Shown in pieces: positions 17,261-31,085 of a stretch of DNA of 64,000 bases. The stretch comes from the human T2T-CHM13v2.0 reference genome, Homo sapiens: assembly GCF_009914755.1 (NCBI RefSeq), contig NC_060944.1; one strand, given 5' to 3'. Within the stretch, counting starts at the first letter, position 1, and every line of letters begins with the position of its first letter. The notes below the pieces were generated by a model that was not told where the DNA came from, searched no databases, and saw nothing but the letters and a program-made list of their open reading frames with translations. The translations under genes were made by a program, and so were the position numbers.

Positions 17261-17574
17261 CAATAGTGTATTGTTTCTTCTGTTCTCTTTCTTGTCCTGT
17301 CTGTCCCATCTCCAGTACAACTTGCATCCCATAGTGATCAGAACAAAAGAGGCTTGAGCAGAAGTGTCAGATGTTCATAATTCTGAGGCCTTGGATGTTT
17401 GTATAGTCTCCAGATTTTTGGGGGCCTGCAGCCCCCATCATGTCCTGACCCTCCCTGCACCCCTTCTGATTCCAGCACTCAGATACCCAAATCCTTAAAG
17501 TAGGGTGACTCTATACAAGAAAACTAAAATGGCATGGTTCTTGTTAAATAGCTGTGGCTAGAGAGGCAGACAAC

Positions 17575-17768
17575 CAAGCTATCCAATAGAGCTTTCTGCA
17601 GTGATGGATATATTCTTTATCTGCATTGTCCAGTATGAAGCATGTGGCGATTGTGCACTTGAAATGTGGATAGTGCAACCAAGGAATTAAATTATTTTAC
17701 TTTATTCTAATTGATTTAAATTTAAATAGCCACAGGTGGCTACTGGCTGCTGCATTAGGCAGCATAGC
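17575..17768. mobile_element. MER3-like hAT MITE
   Basis: tccaatagagctttctgcagtgatgga...tttaaatagccacaggtggctactgg. Confidence 0.75.
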
Positions 17769-17936
17769 CAGACCTTGCTGATACTTACAGGGCCACTGTA
17801 AGGATTTGCACTTCTCTTGAGGAGCAATGGAAGGAAAACCTCAAAAGCGTTTCGAACACGGGGCGTTGGGGGACGATCAGATCTGAGTTGTGGAGTCTGA
17901 CACATGTGTTCATCTGTGTCTCCCTCCCTGCCACAG

Positions 17937-18037
17937 GCCACACCATGAGGCCCCAGCCCCACCAGAGGCCCCGCGCTGCCCTGGCCCCCGGTGCACCGTG
18001 CTAGCCCCCAGCCAGGGCGTTGGGGAGGGCGGTGGCC
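17937..18037 (+). other. PPP1R16B: 5'UTR part of the coding exon (exon 17937-18287, 351 nt)
   Basis: Polypyrimidine tract and acceptor tgtctccctccctgccacag|G ending at 17936. Confidence 0.9.
17945..18004 (+). promoter_or_regulatory. Upstream ORF, 19 aa MRPQPHQRPRAALAPGAPC*, in frame with the main CDS
   Basis: cacaccATGa (A at -3) at 17945, TAG at 18002-18004, 93 nt from uATG to main ATG. Translation is not demonstrated. Confidence 0.6.
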
Positions 18038-18287
18038 ATGGCCAGTCACGTGGACCTGCTGACGGAGCTGCAGCTGCTGGAGAAGGTGCCCACGCTGGAG
18101 CGGCTGCGGGCTGCCCAGAAGCGCCGGGCCCAGCAGCTGAAGAAATGGGCACAGTACGAGCAGGACTTGCAGCACCGCAAGCGAAAGCATGAGCGGAAGC
18201 GCAGCACGGGCGGCCGCCGCAAGAAAGTGTCCTTCGAGGCCAGCGTGGCCCTGCTGGAGGCCTCGCTGAGGAACGACGCCGAGGAAG
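18038..18287 (+). CDS. PPP1R16B: PPP1R16B/TIMAP first coding exon, aa 1-83 plus 1 nt (phase-1 donor)
   Basis: Strong Kozak gtggccATGG. Translation MASHVDLLTELQLLEKVPTLERLRAAQKRRAQQLKKWAQYEQDLQHRKRKHERKRSTGGRRKKVSFEASVALLEASLRNDAEE recognised as the TIMAP N-terminus. MyPhoNE-type RAQQLKKW at 18125-18148, basic cluster, RVxF motif KVSF at 18224-18235. Donor GAAG|gtaggc at 18287/18288. Confidence 0.97.
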
Positions 18288-18429
18288 GTAGGCCCCTCTG
18301 TGCCTTGGCGGCCACGCAGCTGCCTTGGCCTCTGATCAGGGTTTGGAATCCAGGTTCTGTGCAGTAGACGTGTGGGCAAGGCAGGTCTGCAGACCCACTT
18401 CCAAGTTCCAGCAGCCCCATTCCTCTTAG

Positions 18430-18771
<342 letters not shown>

Positions 18772-18801
18772 TAGACTTTTTGTTTAAACATCTTCGTTCA
18801 T

Positions 18802-18939
18802 TTGTTTTTATTTATTTATTTATTTAGACATAGGGTCTTACTGTGTTGCCCAGGCTGGTCTCAAACTCCCAGCTTAAAGGGATCCTCGTGCCTCAGCCTC
18901 CCAAGTAGCTAGTATTATAGGCAGGCCACCTTGCCCAGC
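18802..18939 (-). mobile_element. Alu monomer (FLAM-like)
   Basis: Antisense single arm with a (TTTA)n tail. Confidence 0.75.
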
Positions 18940-19586
18940 TGTATTTTTTTGGGAACAAGGATTCCAGCCTTTGGCTGAGGAATACCATAATAACTTTCTT
19001 TCCCTCCCACAAATATTTACAGACAACCACAAATACTTACAGACACCTTCTTTTGCATTACTTTCCTAGATATAGTGGTGAACAAGTTGGATCTGGTTTC
19101 TCCCCACCAAAAGCTCAATACTCACAGGATCTTGCAATTCATAAAGCTCTCCTCTGTGCCAGACCCCATGCCTGGCACCCTCTGAATGCTGTTCCGTGTA
19201 TTCCGTGTATGTAGCCTTTGCTGCAGTCATAAATGGTGTAGAGGGATGGACTCTGAAGTGAGACTACCTGAATCTAAAACTGGCTTTCTCAGTTCCCTAC
19301 GTGAGCTTGACAAGTAGACAAGTCTCTTCCACTCTCTATACTTCGTTTACACCTCTGTAAAATGGGGCTAATAAGAAAATCCACTTTAAGGGCTTGCTGT
19401 GAACATTAAGTTAGAAAATCCCTGTGAAGTTCCTAAATATGGTCCCTTATGCTGAGGAAGTGATTATTACTGTTTTATTTTATTATATTAGTATATTTTA
19501 TTTACATTATCAAAGGATGTCCATAAAGTCTGAAAACAGATATAGACAATGCTATCTAGGATATTTTCACTCTGTAAAGTGAATGA

Positions 19587-20006
<420 letters not shown>

Positions 20007-21002
20007 TAATTATATTATTTTTGTGTCTCATGAGCTAGATATCATGATCTGTACTATGTATAGTGCTTTAAGAGCCATGTATGATAACACCCATTTTACA
20101 GATGGGGGAATTGAAACTCAGAGAGGTTCAGAACCTTGACCAAGGTGGCAGAGCGGGATCAGAACCACTGGCATCCGACTCTTGTCACTGCCCTCATGGC
20201 CTTATAGGTTTGCTTCCTGTTGTAGGAATGAATGGAGAATCCATGATGTAACCACAGCCCCCTTCCCTGGGCTTGTTCAGAGGCGGTCTCGCCTGCTCAT
20301 TGTGAGCCAAGGTCTGTGCACCTCCCTGTTCCCCTTGGCGCCCATGGCCCATCCCTGTATAATAAGCCTTCCTGGCTGTCCCTGGAGAGGCCTAGCCATG
20401 CTTCCTGGGTCCCTGCACACACCTTCCAGTCAATGAAAGAGCAGAGAGGTGTGGCACTTCTGGCCCAAGAGGGTGCTGGGTTTTAGTCACCTTGCTCTTC
20501 AGGTTCTAGAACCCTCTGAGAAGTGTAATTCCACTTCCACCTGGCTGCACAGGGCTCTAGGAAACGAGCCAAGAGGCATCCCTGGAACCACTCTGCTGGG
20601 AGCTGCTCCGCTGAAAGCCTGGGGTGAGCAGCCTGGGTGAAAAGAGAGGTGGAATCTTGGGCTTGGGGACATGGCCCCGAGGCTCCTTCCCACGTGCAGT
20701 TTGCCAAGTGATGCGGCAGCCCCATCCCCACGCAGTGGGTGGCTTGTCATGATGTCTAATTTTTGTTGGGGGCGGAAGTTCATCAGCTCTTCTCTCACCC
20801 CTCGTTATTGACTGCCTTCTTCCCTGACAAAGCCCCATTGCCCCTCCCTGAGGGGCTCTGTGCATGGGCTGCGGGCTTCAGACCATCCTCCCAGCCCCCT
20901 GCCCAGCCCCTACCCCTTGCTGATGTCTTGTTTCCTGGTTAGAAGGAGCACTGGGCTGGGAGTGGAGGGATCAGTGCCCCGCAGCCCTGCCTGTGACTTT
21001 GA

Positions 21003-21334
<332 letters not shown>

Positions 21335-21479
21335 TTCAGTTTTTTAATCTGTAAAATCAGGTTTTGAAAGCTTGCCCTCAAGAGGGTATGGCAAGACTTA
21401 GACAAGGTCCTGGATGTGACAGTTCTTTGAAAGGTTACCCTGAGACCTGTACCAGCACGGTGATAACGCACTTTATTTT

Positions 21480-22000
21480 GTTTTGTTTTTTACAGACTTT
21501 AATGTTTTTCAGAACCTAAATATGCACAGATACATTCTTCTTGTAAAAATCAATCAACGTAGAAGTGTACAAAGTAAAAAGTCCTTTCTGTCCCTCCCTT
21601 CCTCCCTCTCTCCTTCCTCCCCTCCTTTGCTTCTTTTTGTCCATCCATCACTACTGTTGTTAGTTTGATGTTTCTTTTCCAGGTATTTTTTTCATTTGCA
21701 TATGCACTTGTGGACTTAAGAGAAATATAGAGCCAGGTTTCTTTTTTAAAAAGTTTTTACATAAGTGATGGTATCCTGGATACATTATTCTGCAATTTTC
21801 TTTTTTTTTTCCCATCCAACGGTATATCTTGGAGACGTTTTCATGCCAGAACATGTACAGTACAGATCTGTGCCATTATTTTTATCTGCTGTGTAGTATT
21901 CCATAGTATGGATCACCAGAATTTTCTAACTAGCTCCTTATTGATGCAGATTTTTCCAGTAGCTTCGCTTTTGCCACAGTGAATGTTTTATTTCCATGTG
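21480..22000 (-). mobile_element. Old L1ME fragment
   Basis: ctgtgtagtattccatagtatggat and related antisense L1 3' motifs. Confidence 0.55.
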
Positions 22001-22809
22001 CAAATGTTTATCGAGGACAGATGTGATGAAATGAAAGAGATGGATCTGAAGGTATTAAATTTGAATGAGAAAAGTGCTAGACCCCATGGGCTGGTCCCCC
22101 TGTCTCTATGGGGCAGCCAAGTGAGGGGAAGGGGCCAGAATACTGTGCTCTGTGGCAGGCTCGTGGGTTGGTTTTAGGGTCCACAGTTGCCTGGGTTTGG
22201 ATGAGGGGTGTGAGGCTGCCATCAGTCAGCCCTTGACCTCACTGGGCTATGCTCAGCTTCCTGGCAGCACTACAGAGCCTGCTGCTTTCAGCAGGCTGGG
22301 AACGGCTGCTTCTTGCTGGTGGAGCTGGTGTTTGGGAGGCTGCCGGGGTGTTAGCTCACAGTGGCGTGGGAGCGTGGGGTGGCAGCTCCCCCACTCCCCT
22401 GAGCTCACAGCAGCCTCTGAGTCAACCTCCCCCACCTGCCTGGGGAATGTGAGTTGTTTCCAGAGAAAGGCAGGCTAGGAACTCACTGAGTTTCATCCTC
22501 TGGTCCCATATTGCCTTTAGACTAGTGTCCTTGCCCTTGGACCTGCCTGAGCCCCATGCTCACTGCTCTCACTGCCATCACCCTCTGCCCCAGGCGACGC
22601 CAGCTCCACCAAGATCCTCCCATATTCCCTGCGTTATCTTACCTCCACACCTTTGTATATGCAATTCCCTCTGTCTGGGACACTCTTCCTGTGACTAACT
22701 CCTGTAACCCTCAGCTTTGAGTCCGGCGTGATCTCTGGGGAGCCATCTGTGAGCCTTTTCCCGGCCCTGGTTAAAGTAGCAACTCAATACGTAGCTGATG
22801 TTTACTGAG

Positions 22810-23010
22810 AGACAGTGTAGTGTCATGGCTAGGAGCACAGACCCTGCAGTTTGTCCTCCAGGATTCAAATCCTAGCTCTACCGTTTACTAGCTGTGCATC
22901 CTTGGGAAAGTTACTTTACTTCTCAGTGCCTCCATCTCCCCATCGGTAAAAATGAGGATGATGATGTACCCGCTTCATAACGTTGTTGGGGGGTTAAATT
23001 AAGTTGATAA
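22810..23010 (+). mobile_element. MIR
   Basis: ggattcaaatcctagctctaccgtttactagctgtg core. Confidence 0.8.
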
Positions 23011-23221
23011 ATGTTGAAGTGGTATGGTCAGAGCTACGTAAGTGGTATAAATTGTTGTTATTCTACACTATTCTACATTTACGTAATCTATTATTACAGC
23101 ATATTCTGATTGTCATCATTGTTATTATTTATCAGGTGCTTTGTACCAGGCAGCTTGCCTTACATATGTTATCTCGGTTAATCTTCACAGCAACTCTCTG
23201 AGGTTAGAGAGTCAAACCCCA

Positions 23222-24120
23222 TTTTTAAAAAATAGCTTGGGGTTCAGTTTACATATTATAAAATTTGCCCACTTTAAGTGTACTATTCAATGATTTTCAG
23301 TAAATTTACAGAATTGTGCATCCATCAGCCACAATCCAGTTGTAAAACATTGCCATCGCTGAGTGGTGTGGCTAACACTTGTTATCCCAGCACTTTGGGA
23401 GGCCAAGGTAGAGGATCGCTTAAGCCCAGGAGTTCTAGACCAGCCTGGAGAGCCTGTCTGTACTGAAAAAAAAAAAAAAAAAAAAAAAAAAAAGCCAGCC
23501 GTGGTGGCACTTGCCTGTGGTCCCAGCTACTTGGAAGGCTTAGGCAGGAGGATCGCTTGAATCCGGGAGGTTAAATCTGCAGTGAGCCATGATTGAACCA
23601 CTGCACTCTAGCCTGGGTGACAGAGCAAGACCCCATCTCAAAAACAAACAGAAAGCCTTTTCATCATCCCAAAAAGAAGCCTCATGCCCATTTGCAGTGA
23701 CTCCTGGTTCCCAGACCCAGGCAACTATAATCTACTTTCTGTCTGTATAGATTTGCCTTTTCTGGACATATTATTTACATGGAATCATACAGTATATGAT
23801 CTTTGTGATTGGCTTCTTTCATTCAGAATACTGCTTTCAAGGTTCATCCTTGGTGTGACATCATATATCAGGGCTTCATTCCTTTTCATTGCCCTGTAGT
23901 ATTCCATTGTATAGATATTCCACATTTTGTTTATCCATTCACCAGTAGGTGAACGTTTGGATTATTTCTATTTTGGGGTAGGATGAAGAATGCTGGAAGG
24001 CAAATTTGGGTACAAGTCTTTGTGTGGATATATGTTTTCATTTCTCTTGGGTCATTACCTAGGAATAGAATTGTTGGGTCATATGGTAAATTATGTTTAA
24101 CTTTTTAAGAAACTGCTGTA
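23222..24120 (-). mobile_element. L1MB 3' end with an internal + strand AluJ (about 23360-23650)
   Basis: cactttaagtgtactattcaatgattttcagtaaatttacagaattgtgca and ctactttctgtctgtatagatttgcc. Confidence 0.85.
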
Positions 24121-25169
24121 CTGTCTTGGAAAATGGCTTCACTGTGTGAATTCTCATCCCCCATTTTACAGATGAGAAATTTGAAGCTCAGAGAGACTAA
24201 GTCACCTGCCAAGGTCTCACAGGTTTTAAGTGTCAGACTCAATCCCAGGATTCAAACCCAGATCAGTTTCTCCGAAGCCCATGTATTTAACCACCAGGCA
24301 GTCCTGTACTTCCTGCTTTTGTTTTCACTAGAAAACTAGAGAACCCTCAGTTGCTGTACTGATCTGTGTTTGTTTTGGCCTTAGGCATCCTGGTGTTTCT
24401 GCTGGCATCTTGGGCCCTTTGATTTGGGGCCCCCAAGATAAACTCTTTAGCCCCAGATATAACTTCTTTCTAGGGCCACAATAGCCCAGCCTCCCTTGAA
24501 ACCATTGAATGTATGTTAAGTTGTTAGAGACTTCTGTTTTTCTCTCAGAATGTGTAGGGTTTTCTTTATGGAAATTCTCATTCAAAAAATGTTTGAGTGA
24601 TTCTTCTGTACTCTAAATTTAACTCTTATTAAATTTAATGATTTTTCTCACTGTAAAAGTTTTCAAACTCTTTTTTAAGCAGTGGAAACTTTTCTTTAAA
24701 TGAGATATTATGCAGAAACCCAATATGTAAAACAAAGGAAGGAGCTGTTCTGACTGGGGTCAGGTGGGTGGGGTGCTCAGTCATCCCTGCCACCTGCAAC
24801 CCCCTCCCCCACCCCCAGGCACAGTGCTGGACACCTGGGCCTTGCCACCACCATCTTAAACCAGCAGCTCATCTACAGGAACTAGCTCAGACTTTCACTT
24901 TTGGTCCTTTTAAAAAGGGAAGTTTCTTTTCTTCTAATTATTAAAAAAAAAAAACCCTGTTATTGTTACAGAAACTTTTAGAAGTACAGAAAAAAAGAAG
25001 CATTAAGAAGAAGATAAAATCACCCATATTCCCCCTGAACAGCAACAACCATTGATAATATTTTGGTATTGTTGTGTCAGGCAGCGTCCTGGGAGGAAAC
25101 AAATGGTGATTTTATATGGGGTGATTTGTGGAAAGTTTGATAAAGGGGCAGTTTGTAAAGGGTTTAGGG

Positions 25170-27016
25170 AAGTGGTCCTCAAACTTTTTGGTCTCAGAGG
25201 CCCTTTATATTCTTAAAACCTGAGAACTCCTAAAAGCTTTGGTTTAGCTGGGTTCTATCTACCCATATTTACTGTATTCGAAATTTAAACGGAGGCATTA
25301 AATATTTATTCATTCATTAAGTCAGAATGATAAACACATTATCTGTTGGCTATCTGCTTCTGCGTAGCAGATGAACTCAAAATTTAGCAGCTTAAAACAA
25401 TAAACATATACTGCCTCACACAATTTCTGTGGCTCAGGGATCCAGAGCAGCTCAGCTGGGTGGTTCTCGTTCAGGATATCTCATAAGGTTGCAGTCACTT
25501 CAGGATTTACCTGGGGCTGGAGAATCCACTTCCAAGATGGCTCACTGGCATGGCTCTTGGCAGGAGGCCTCAGTTCCCTGCCATGTGGCCCTCTCTATAG
25601 GACAGCTCGAGTGTTCTCTCAGCATGGCAGGTGGCTTTTTTCAGAGTGAGTGATCCAAGAGATAGAGGAATCCGCAATGCCTTTATGACCTTGTGTTGGA
25701 AATCATGTACCATCACTTCTACCATCTTCTATTCATGAGAAATGACTCACTAGGTCCAGCCCACACTCAAGGGGTGGGGAATTAAGCTTCATCTTTTGAA
25801 GAGAGAATTTGTGGACATGTTTTAAAACCACCACATGTTAACATAAATATTTTTATGAAAAATTATATTTTTCAAAACAAAAAAAAAAGCAATGAGGAGA
25901 GTAGCCTTGTTTTATATTTTTGCAAATCTTTTTAAGATCTGGCTTCATGGAAGACAGTTGGAGTATCTTATCTGCTTCTGCCTTCAATCTGTTGTGATAT
26001 GTTATTTTGGTTGAAGTAAATAAAGAAAATCTTATGTAGTTGGAAAAGGGAGGAAATATTTTAATTGCTTTTTCAGATATTGTGGATATTCTTTGATACT
26101 ACATCTAAACTCAACAAGTAGTAGTTTCTTAAAGGTTAGTTGCAGTGCTGAATCTGAAGCCATATCAATTTACATCAAAATCCATTGGTCTGTCTGGCAT
26201 TTTGAATGGTTCTTTTACCCATGTGTACTTTTTTTTAATGTAATATATTGGATCTGTTAGAAAATATTGGTTCACTGAGTTACACAGATCTTCCAAATGT
26301 TGACACATTGCTTTATACAATATAAGAAAATGTATAGTTTCAATAACAATCTTGCCATACAATTATTCAAGTACTGGGAAACTGTAAGTTCGTGGTAGCT
26401 ATAAAAGTTTTCTAAAATTTGGATTTTTGCTTAAAAGTTCAAATTCTATCATTGGTAACAAATGCTGTCAGTTGTGAGAAGATCCATTTGCCCTTTTTAG
26501 GAAAAAAAACACTGCCTGTTAAATACTCAAGTCTGAATAACCATTGTTTGCTAGACATCCTTTAAGTAAAACTAGTGCTCCATGAGAGAAGAGACTAGCT
26601 TAGCACACAGCTTAAAAAATGGCTCAAGTAATGCAGTTGGAGACAATGATTATTCTTTTTTTGAACTTCCCATTTTGTCACATGGAATATTAAAAGGACA
26701 TGTACTCAAGGATTAAGGTTTCATAAAATTAATACATTTTATTGCTTTATCAAGGACATTTTTAAGGGAAACTGGTATTGATTTTTTTCTTTTGATTGCA
26801 CATACAAAACAATGAAGATGGTGATTGCTAGTACAGCTTGGTGCCACTAAGTTAATTCTGTTAAAACAACAGTAGTTTTACCCACCATTGCTTTTACACC
26901 ATCAGTGCAAATGTCAACACAGTGGAAAATGCAAGTAATTTCTTAGTGTTACTGTGAAAATTATTTTGATGTTTTAATACCCTGAAAGAGTCTAGAGACC
27001 ACTTTGAGAACCACTG
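25170..27016. mobile_element. Charlie1-family hAT DNA transposon (Charlie1a-like) with a nested LTR
   Basis: Inverted termini gtggtcctcaaact and ctttgagaaccactg; AT-rich internal transposase remnant. Confidence 0.75.
25344..25834 (-). mobile_element. MLT1 (MaLR) solo LTR nested in Charlie1
   Basis: aaaatttagcagcttaaaacaataaaca, cttccaagatggctcac, and terminal aaaccaccaca. Confidence 0.8.
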
Positions 27017-27410
27017 GTTTATGGGGGTCAACAAGGAATGGGACAATACCCTGGGATAGCAAAAGTTGGGAGATCTTACCCACCCCACCCCACCCCCTGG
27101 GCCTGAAGGAGACAAGGAAATGAACCTACTGGAACCTAAGGAAGGCACCGTATGGAGAGGGCTACCTAAAGGAGCAGTGGCTGCCACTCCATGCCCCTGC
27201 CATTCTGGTGCTTTCGGTGACAAACCTAACCAGAAAGCAGAATGCAAGGAAGCCTTTGATGTAGTGCAAGTCAACTGGCTTCCTCAGGCACGGAGAGGGG
27301 AAGATCTAGAGGGACAGATGGGGCAGAGAGTGAGCCCAGCTGTCTTCAGCCCTTCGGATCTACACACAAACAAGGAGTGAGTTTGTGTACATTTAAAAAA
27401 CAACTTTTAG

Positions 27411-27590
27411 GGCCAAATGTGGTGGCTCATGCCTGTAATCCTAGAGCATTGGGAGGCTGAGGTGGGAGGATGGCTTGAGCTCAGGAGTTCAAGACTGCAA
27501 TGAGCTGTGATGGTGCCACTATACTCCAGCCTAAGTGACAGAGGAAGACTCTGTCCCTAAAAAATAAATAAACAAATAAATAAAAATGTA
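27411..27590 (+). mobile_element. Alu monomer (FAM/FRAM-like)
   Basis: Single arm with TSD aaaaacaactttta. Confidence 0.8.
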
Positions 27591-27659
27591 AAAGTAAAAA
27601 CAACTTTAACCCTAACATTCACTTGTGAATTCAGCAAAATTAGTCATCTGCTAGAGCTG

Positions 27660-28650
27660 TGGTATCAGGGAGAGCCTGTCTGAGGAGGTGATTTGGGCTC
27701 AGACCTGAATGTGGAGGAGTCTGGAGGAAATGTACAAAGGATGTGTGATGGGAACAGGGTTGGCGTGTTTGAAGACAGGAGAAAGATGGGAGGTGGAAGA
27801 GTAGGGGGAGGAGGTGGTTGAGGGAGAGCATACTGACCGTAGAAGACTAGAGTAGGAACTGTACATTTGATTTCGATGAAAAGCCACTGGTGGTTTTGAA
27901 AGGGGAATCATGTGATGAGATACAGATTTTGAATTCGGGATGGATTTTCCTGGTTGCTGAGTGCAGAATTGACTGTAGCAATCTATTTTCGCAGGGCTGT
28001 GAGGGGAGCAGGGAGGCTCATGAGAAGCCCTCACAGTAGCGTAGGTGAGAGCCTATGGTGGTCACTGGGCGATGCAGAAATCAGGAGGTGGAGCCCACAG
28101 GGCTTCTGTGTCAAGTGACAGAGGAGGGACTCAGTGATGGCTTTTGGGTTTTTGGCTTGAACATCTAGGTGGATGACAGTGCCACATTTTGAGACTGGGA
28201 AGATCGGAGTAGGAGGGAGGAGGGGATTTGGAGAGAATTGAGTTCTATAGGACTGTCCAAGTTGACATGTCCTTTTAACATCCACATGGAGATCTTGAAG
28301 AGGCAGATGAATATGTGAGTCTGGAGCTCAGGGGAGATATCAGGGATGGTTATAATACTTGGGAAGTCATCAGCATGATACAAGTGCAGTATTTTCAAAA
28401 ATGCAGGACTGTAGGAGGTCATCTAGGAAGCAAGGGTAGTTGGAGCAGAGAAGGGATCGCAGAGAAGGGATCACTAGAGAAAGCTCTGGGACACCTCAAT
28501 AGCTGCATGTTGACCCAAGAAGAAGAGAACAAAGGAGACCAGAATCATCTACTCAGAAGGTAGAAAGAAAACCAGGAATAGTGTGGCATCTCAGAAGCCT
28601 GGAAGAAAGGACTGTCAGCTCAGTCAAATGCTGTTGAGGGGTTGAATATT
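27660..28650 (-). mobile_element. L2 fragment
   Basis: Typical L2 motifs (aagccactggtggttttgaaagggg, aggcagatgaatatgtgagtctggagctcagggg, tcaaatgctgttgag). Confidence 0.75.
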
Positions 28651-28831
28651 TTGTCTTATCTTTATATACTCTTTGGAAAAAGAGATTTCTAATGATGACC
28701 TCATATATCCTATCATGGATGTTCCATAATTTATGCAGCTACTCCCTTATTATTGCATTTTGAGGCCATTCCCAATTTTTGCTACTATAAATTATGCCGT
28801 GGTGAATATCAATGTATAAAAGTATTTGGTT

Positions 28832-29144
28832 GGCCGGGCGCTGTGGCTCATGCCTGTAAATCCTAGCACTTTGAGAGGCCAAGGCGGGAAGATCACTTGA
28901 GCCCAGGAGTCCAAGACCAGCCTAGGCAACATAGTGAGACCCCATATCTACACGAAATTTAAAAAATTATCCAGGTGTGGTGATGTGTACCTGTGGTCTT
29001 AGCAACTTGCGGGGTGGAGGTGGGAGGAACTTTTGAGCCCAGGAGGTCAAGGTTGTAAGCTGTGATTGTGCCACTGCACTCCAGCCCAGGTAACAGAGTG
29101 AGACCCTGTCTCCAAAAAACTAAATAAATAAAATAAAAATAAAA
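28832..29144 (+). mobile_element. AluJ
   Basis: Dimer with TSD aaaagtatttgg. Confidence 0.92.
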
Positions 29145-29423
29145 AGTATTTGGCCATAGCTTTGATTATTTACTAGGTAGATTCCTAGATGTTCATTGGC
29201 TTTGAGGTCTCGATATAAACCACTCATTTGACTACCAGAGAGGTTGTATCAGCTGTGTGTATCCATCCCTGCTATCTCCCCACCTCATCACTACCTGCCA
29301 CATCAATGCTGGATGATGACATTGAAAACACACCTTTGCTGATATATTTGATATATGGAAAATAGTCCTGTTGTCTTAATTTGCATAAAATCGAGACAGT
29401 TAAGGTTGAATACCTATTCATAA

Positions 29424-29876
<453 letters not shown>

Positions 29877-30075
29877 TGACATTGGAGGGAGAGATGCCAA
29901 CTCTTTGTTGTCATGTATGGTTCATATATTTTCTGCAGTGCGTGTATGTGTTTGCTTTAATGTTTTGTTTATAGTAATTTTTTATGCTTTGGAGTTCTTA
30001 TTTTTTATATTGTCAAACCTAATGATACTTGATTTCTTTTTTTAAAATCATTTTATTTTTTTTATCCCTTTAAAG

Positions 30076-30295
30076 CAGGGACCAGAAAACTGTGGCCTGA
30101 AGTCCAAATCTTCCCACTGTCTGTTTTTGTAAATAAAGTTTTATTGGAACACAGCCATGCCCATTCATTTACATATTATCTATGGCTGCTTTCACATTAC
30201 AATGGCAGAGTTGAGTTGTAACAGCGACCATGTAGCCTGCAAAGGTTAAAATATTTACTTTCTGGCCCTTTATAGAAATACTTTATGGGCTCTTG
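30076..30295. mobile_element. MER58A-like hAT MITE
   Basis: tttttgtaaataaagttttattggaacacagccatgcccattcatttac. Confidence 0.85.
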
Positions 30296-30761
30296 CACTA
30301 AAATGTTTCCTCATCTAGTGATGTATATTAAACCTATGTTTTCTTCTAGGGTTTTTTGGCCTTATTTAAATAAATAGGTAGTATTTCTGGACTTCATTTT
30401 AGTATAGAGTACTAAATGAAAATCTGTCTATATTTTGTTTCCAAAGCATCATCAATTGTCCCAACATCCCTTCCTTCCCTACAAGTTTGTGAGGCCACCC
30501 TCGTACTCTAGAGCCTCATCTGTAATGAAGGGTAACTCTCCAACCTGTCTATTCTGTTCCAGCAACCTATTTTGGTGCCAGTTACATACTGCTTTCATCC
30601 TTGTAGGTTTATATTGTGGCTTAATATGTGATAAAACAAGTTTTTCCTCAGATTACTCTTTTTTTTCAAAATGTTCCTGGTTATTTTCAGCTGTTCACAT
30701 AATATTTAGGACTGTTTGGTCAAGTTTTCCCTCCAAACCTCAAAAATAGATTTCTCCAAAG

Positions 30762-31085
30762 CTTTGCAGGGACATGGATGGAGCTGGAGGCCATTGTCCT
30801 TAGCAAACTAACACAAGGACAGAAAACCAAATACAGCATGTTCTCACTTACAAGTGGGAGCTAAATGCTGAAAACACATGGACACATAGAGGGGAACAAC
30901 ACACACTGGGTCCCTATTGGAGGGTGGATTGTGGGAGGAGGGAGGAGATCAGGAAAAATAACTAATGGGTACTAGGCTTAATACCTGGGGGATGAAATAA
31001 TCTGTACAGCAAACTCCCATGACACAAGTTGACCTATGTAACACACCTGCACTTGTACCCCTGAACTTAAAAGTTTTTAAAAAAT
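30762..31085 (+). mobile_element. L1PA (older primate, L1PA13-16-like) 3' end, 5'-truncated
   Basis: gggacatggatggagctggaggccatt...gcatgttctcacttacaagtgggagctaaat...cccctgaacttaaaa. Confidence 0.9.

Larger units (their letters stand above)
17850..18320. other. CpG-rich, GC-rich patch over the coding exon
   Basis: CpG density visibly higher than in the flanking introns. Confidence 0.55.

Noticed and set aside
18288-18367. Continuation of the TIMAP ORF (GRPLCALAATQ...) past the donor, and the TTG start at 18020
   Set aside because: Read-through into the intron beyond a canonical donor; the real start is the Kozak ATG at 18038.
17702-18379. 225-aa minus-strand ORF, the longest in the track
   Set aside because: Antisense shadow of a GC-rich coding exon that runs into MER3; no recognisable domain.
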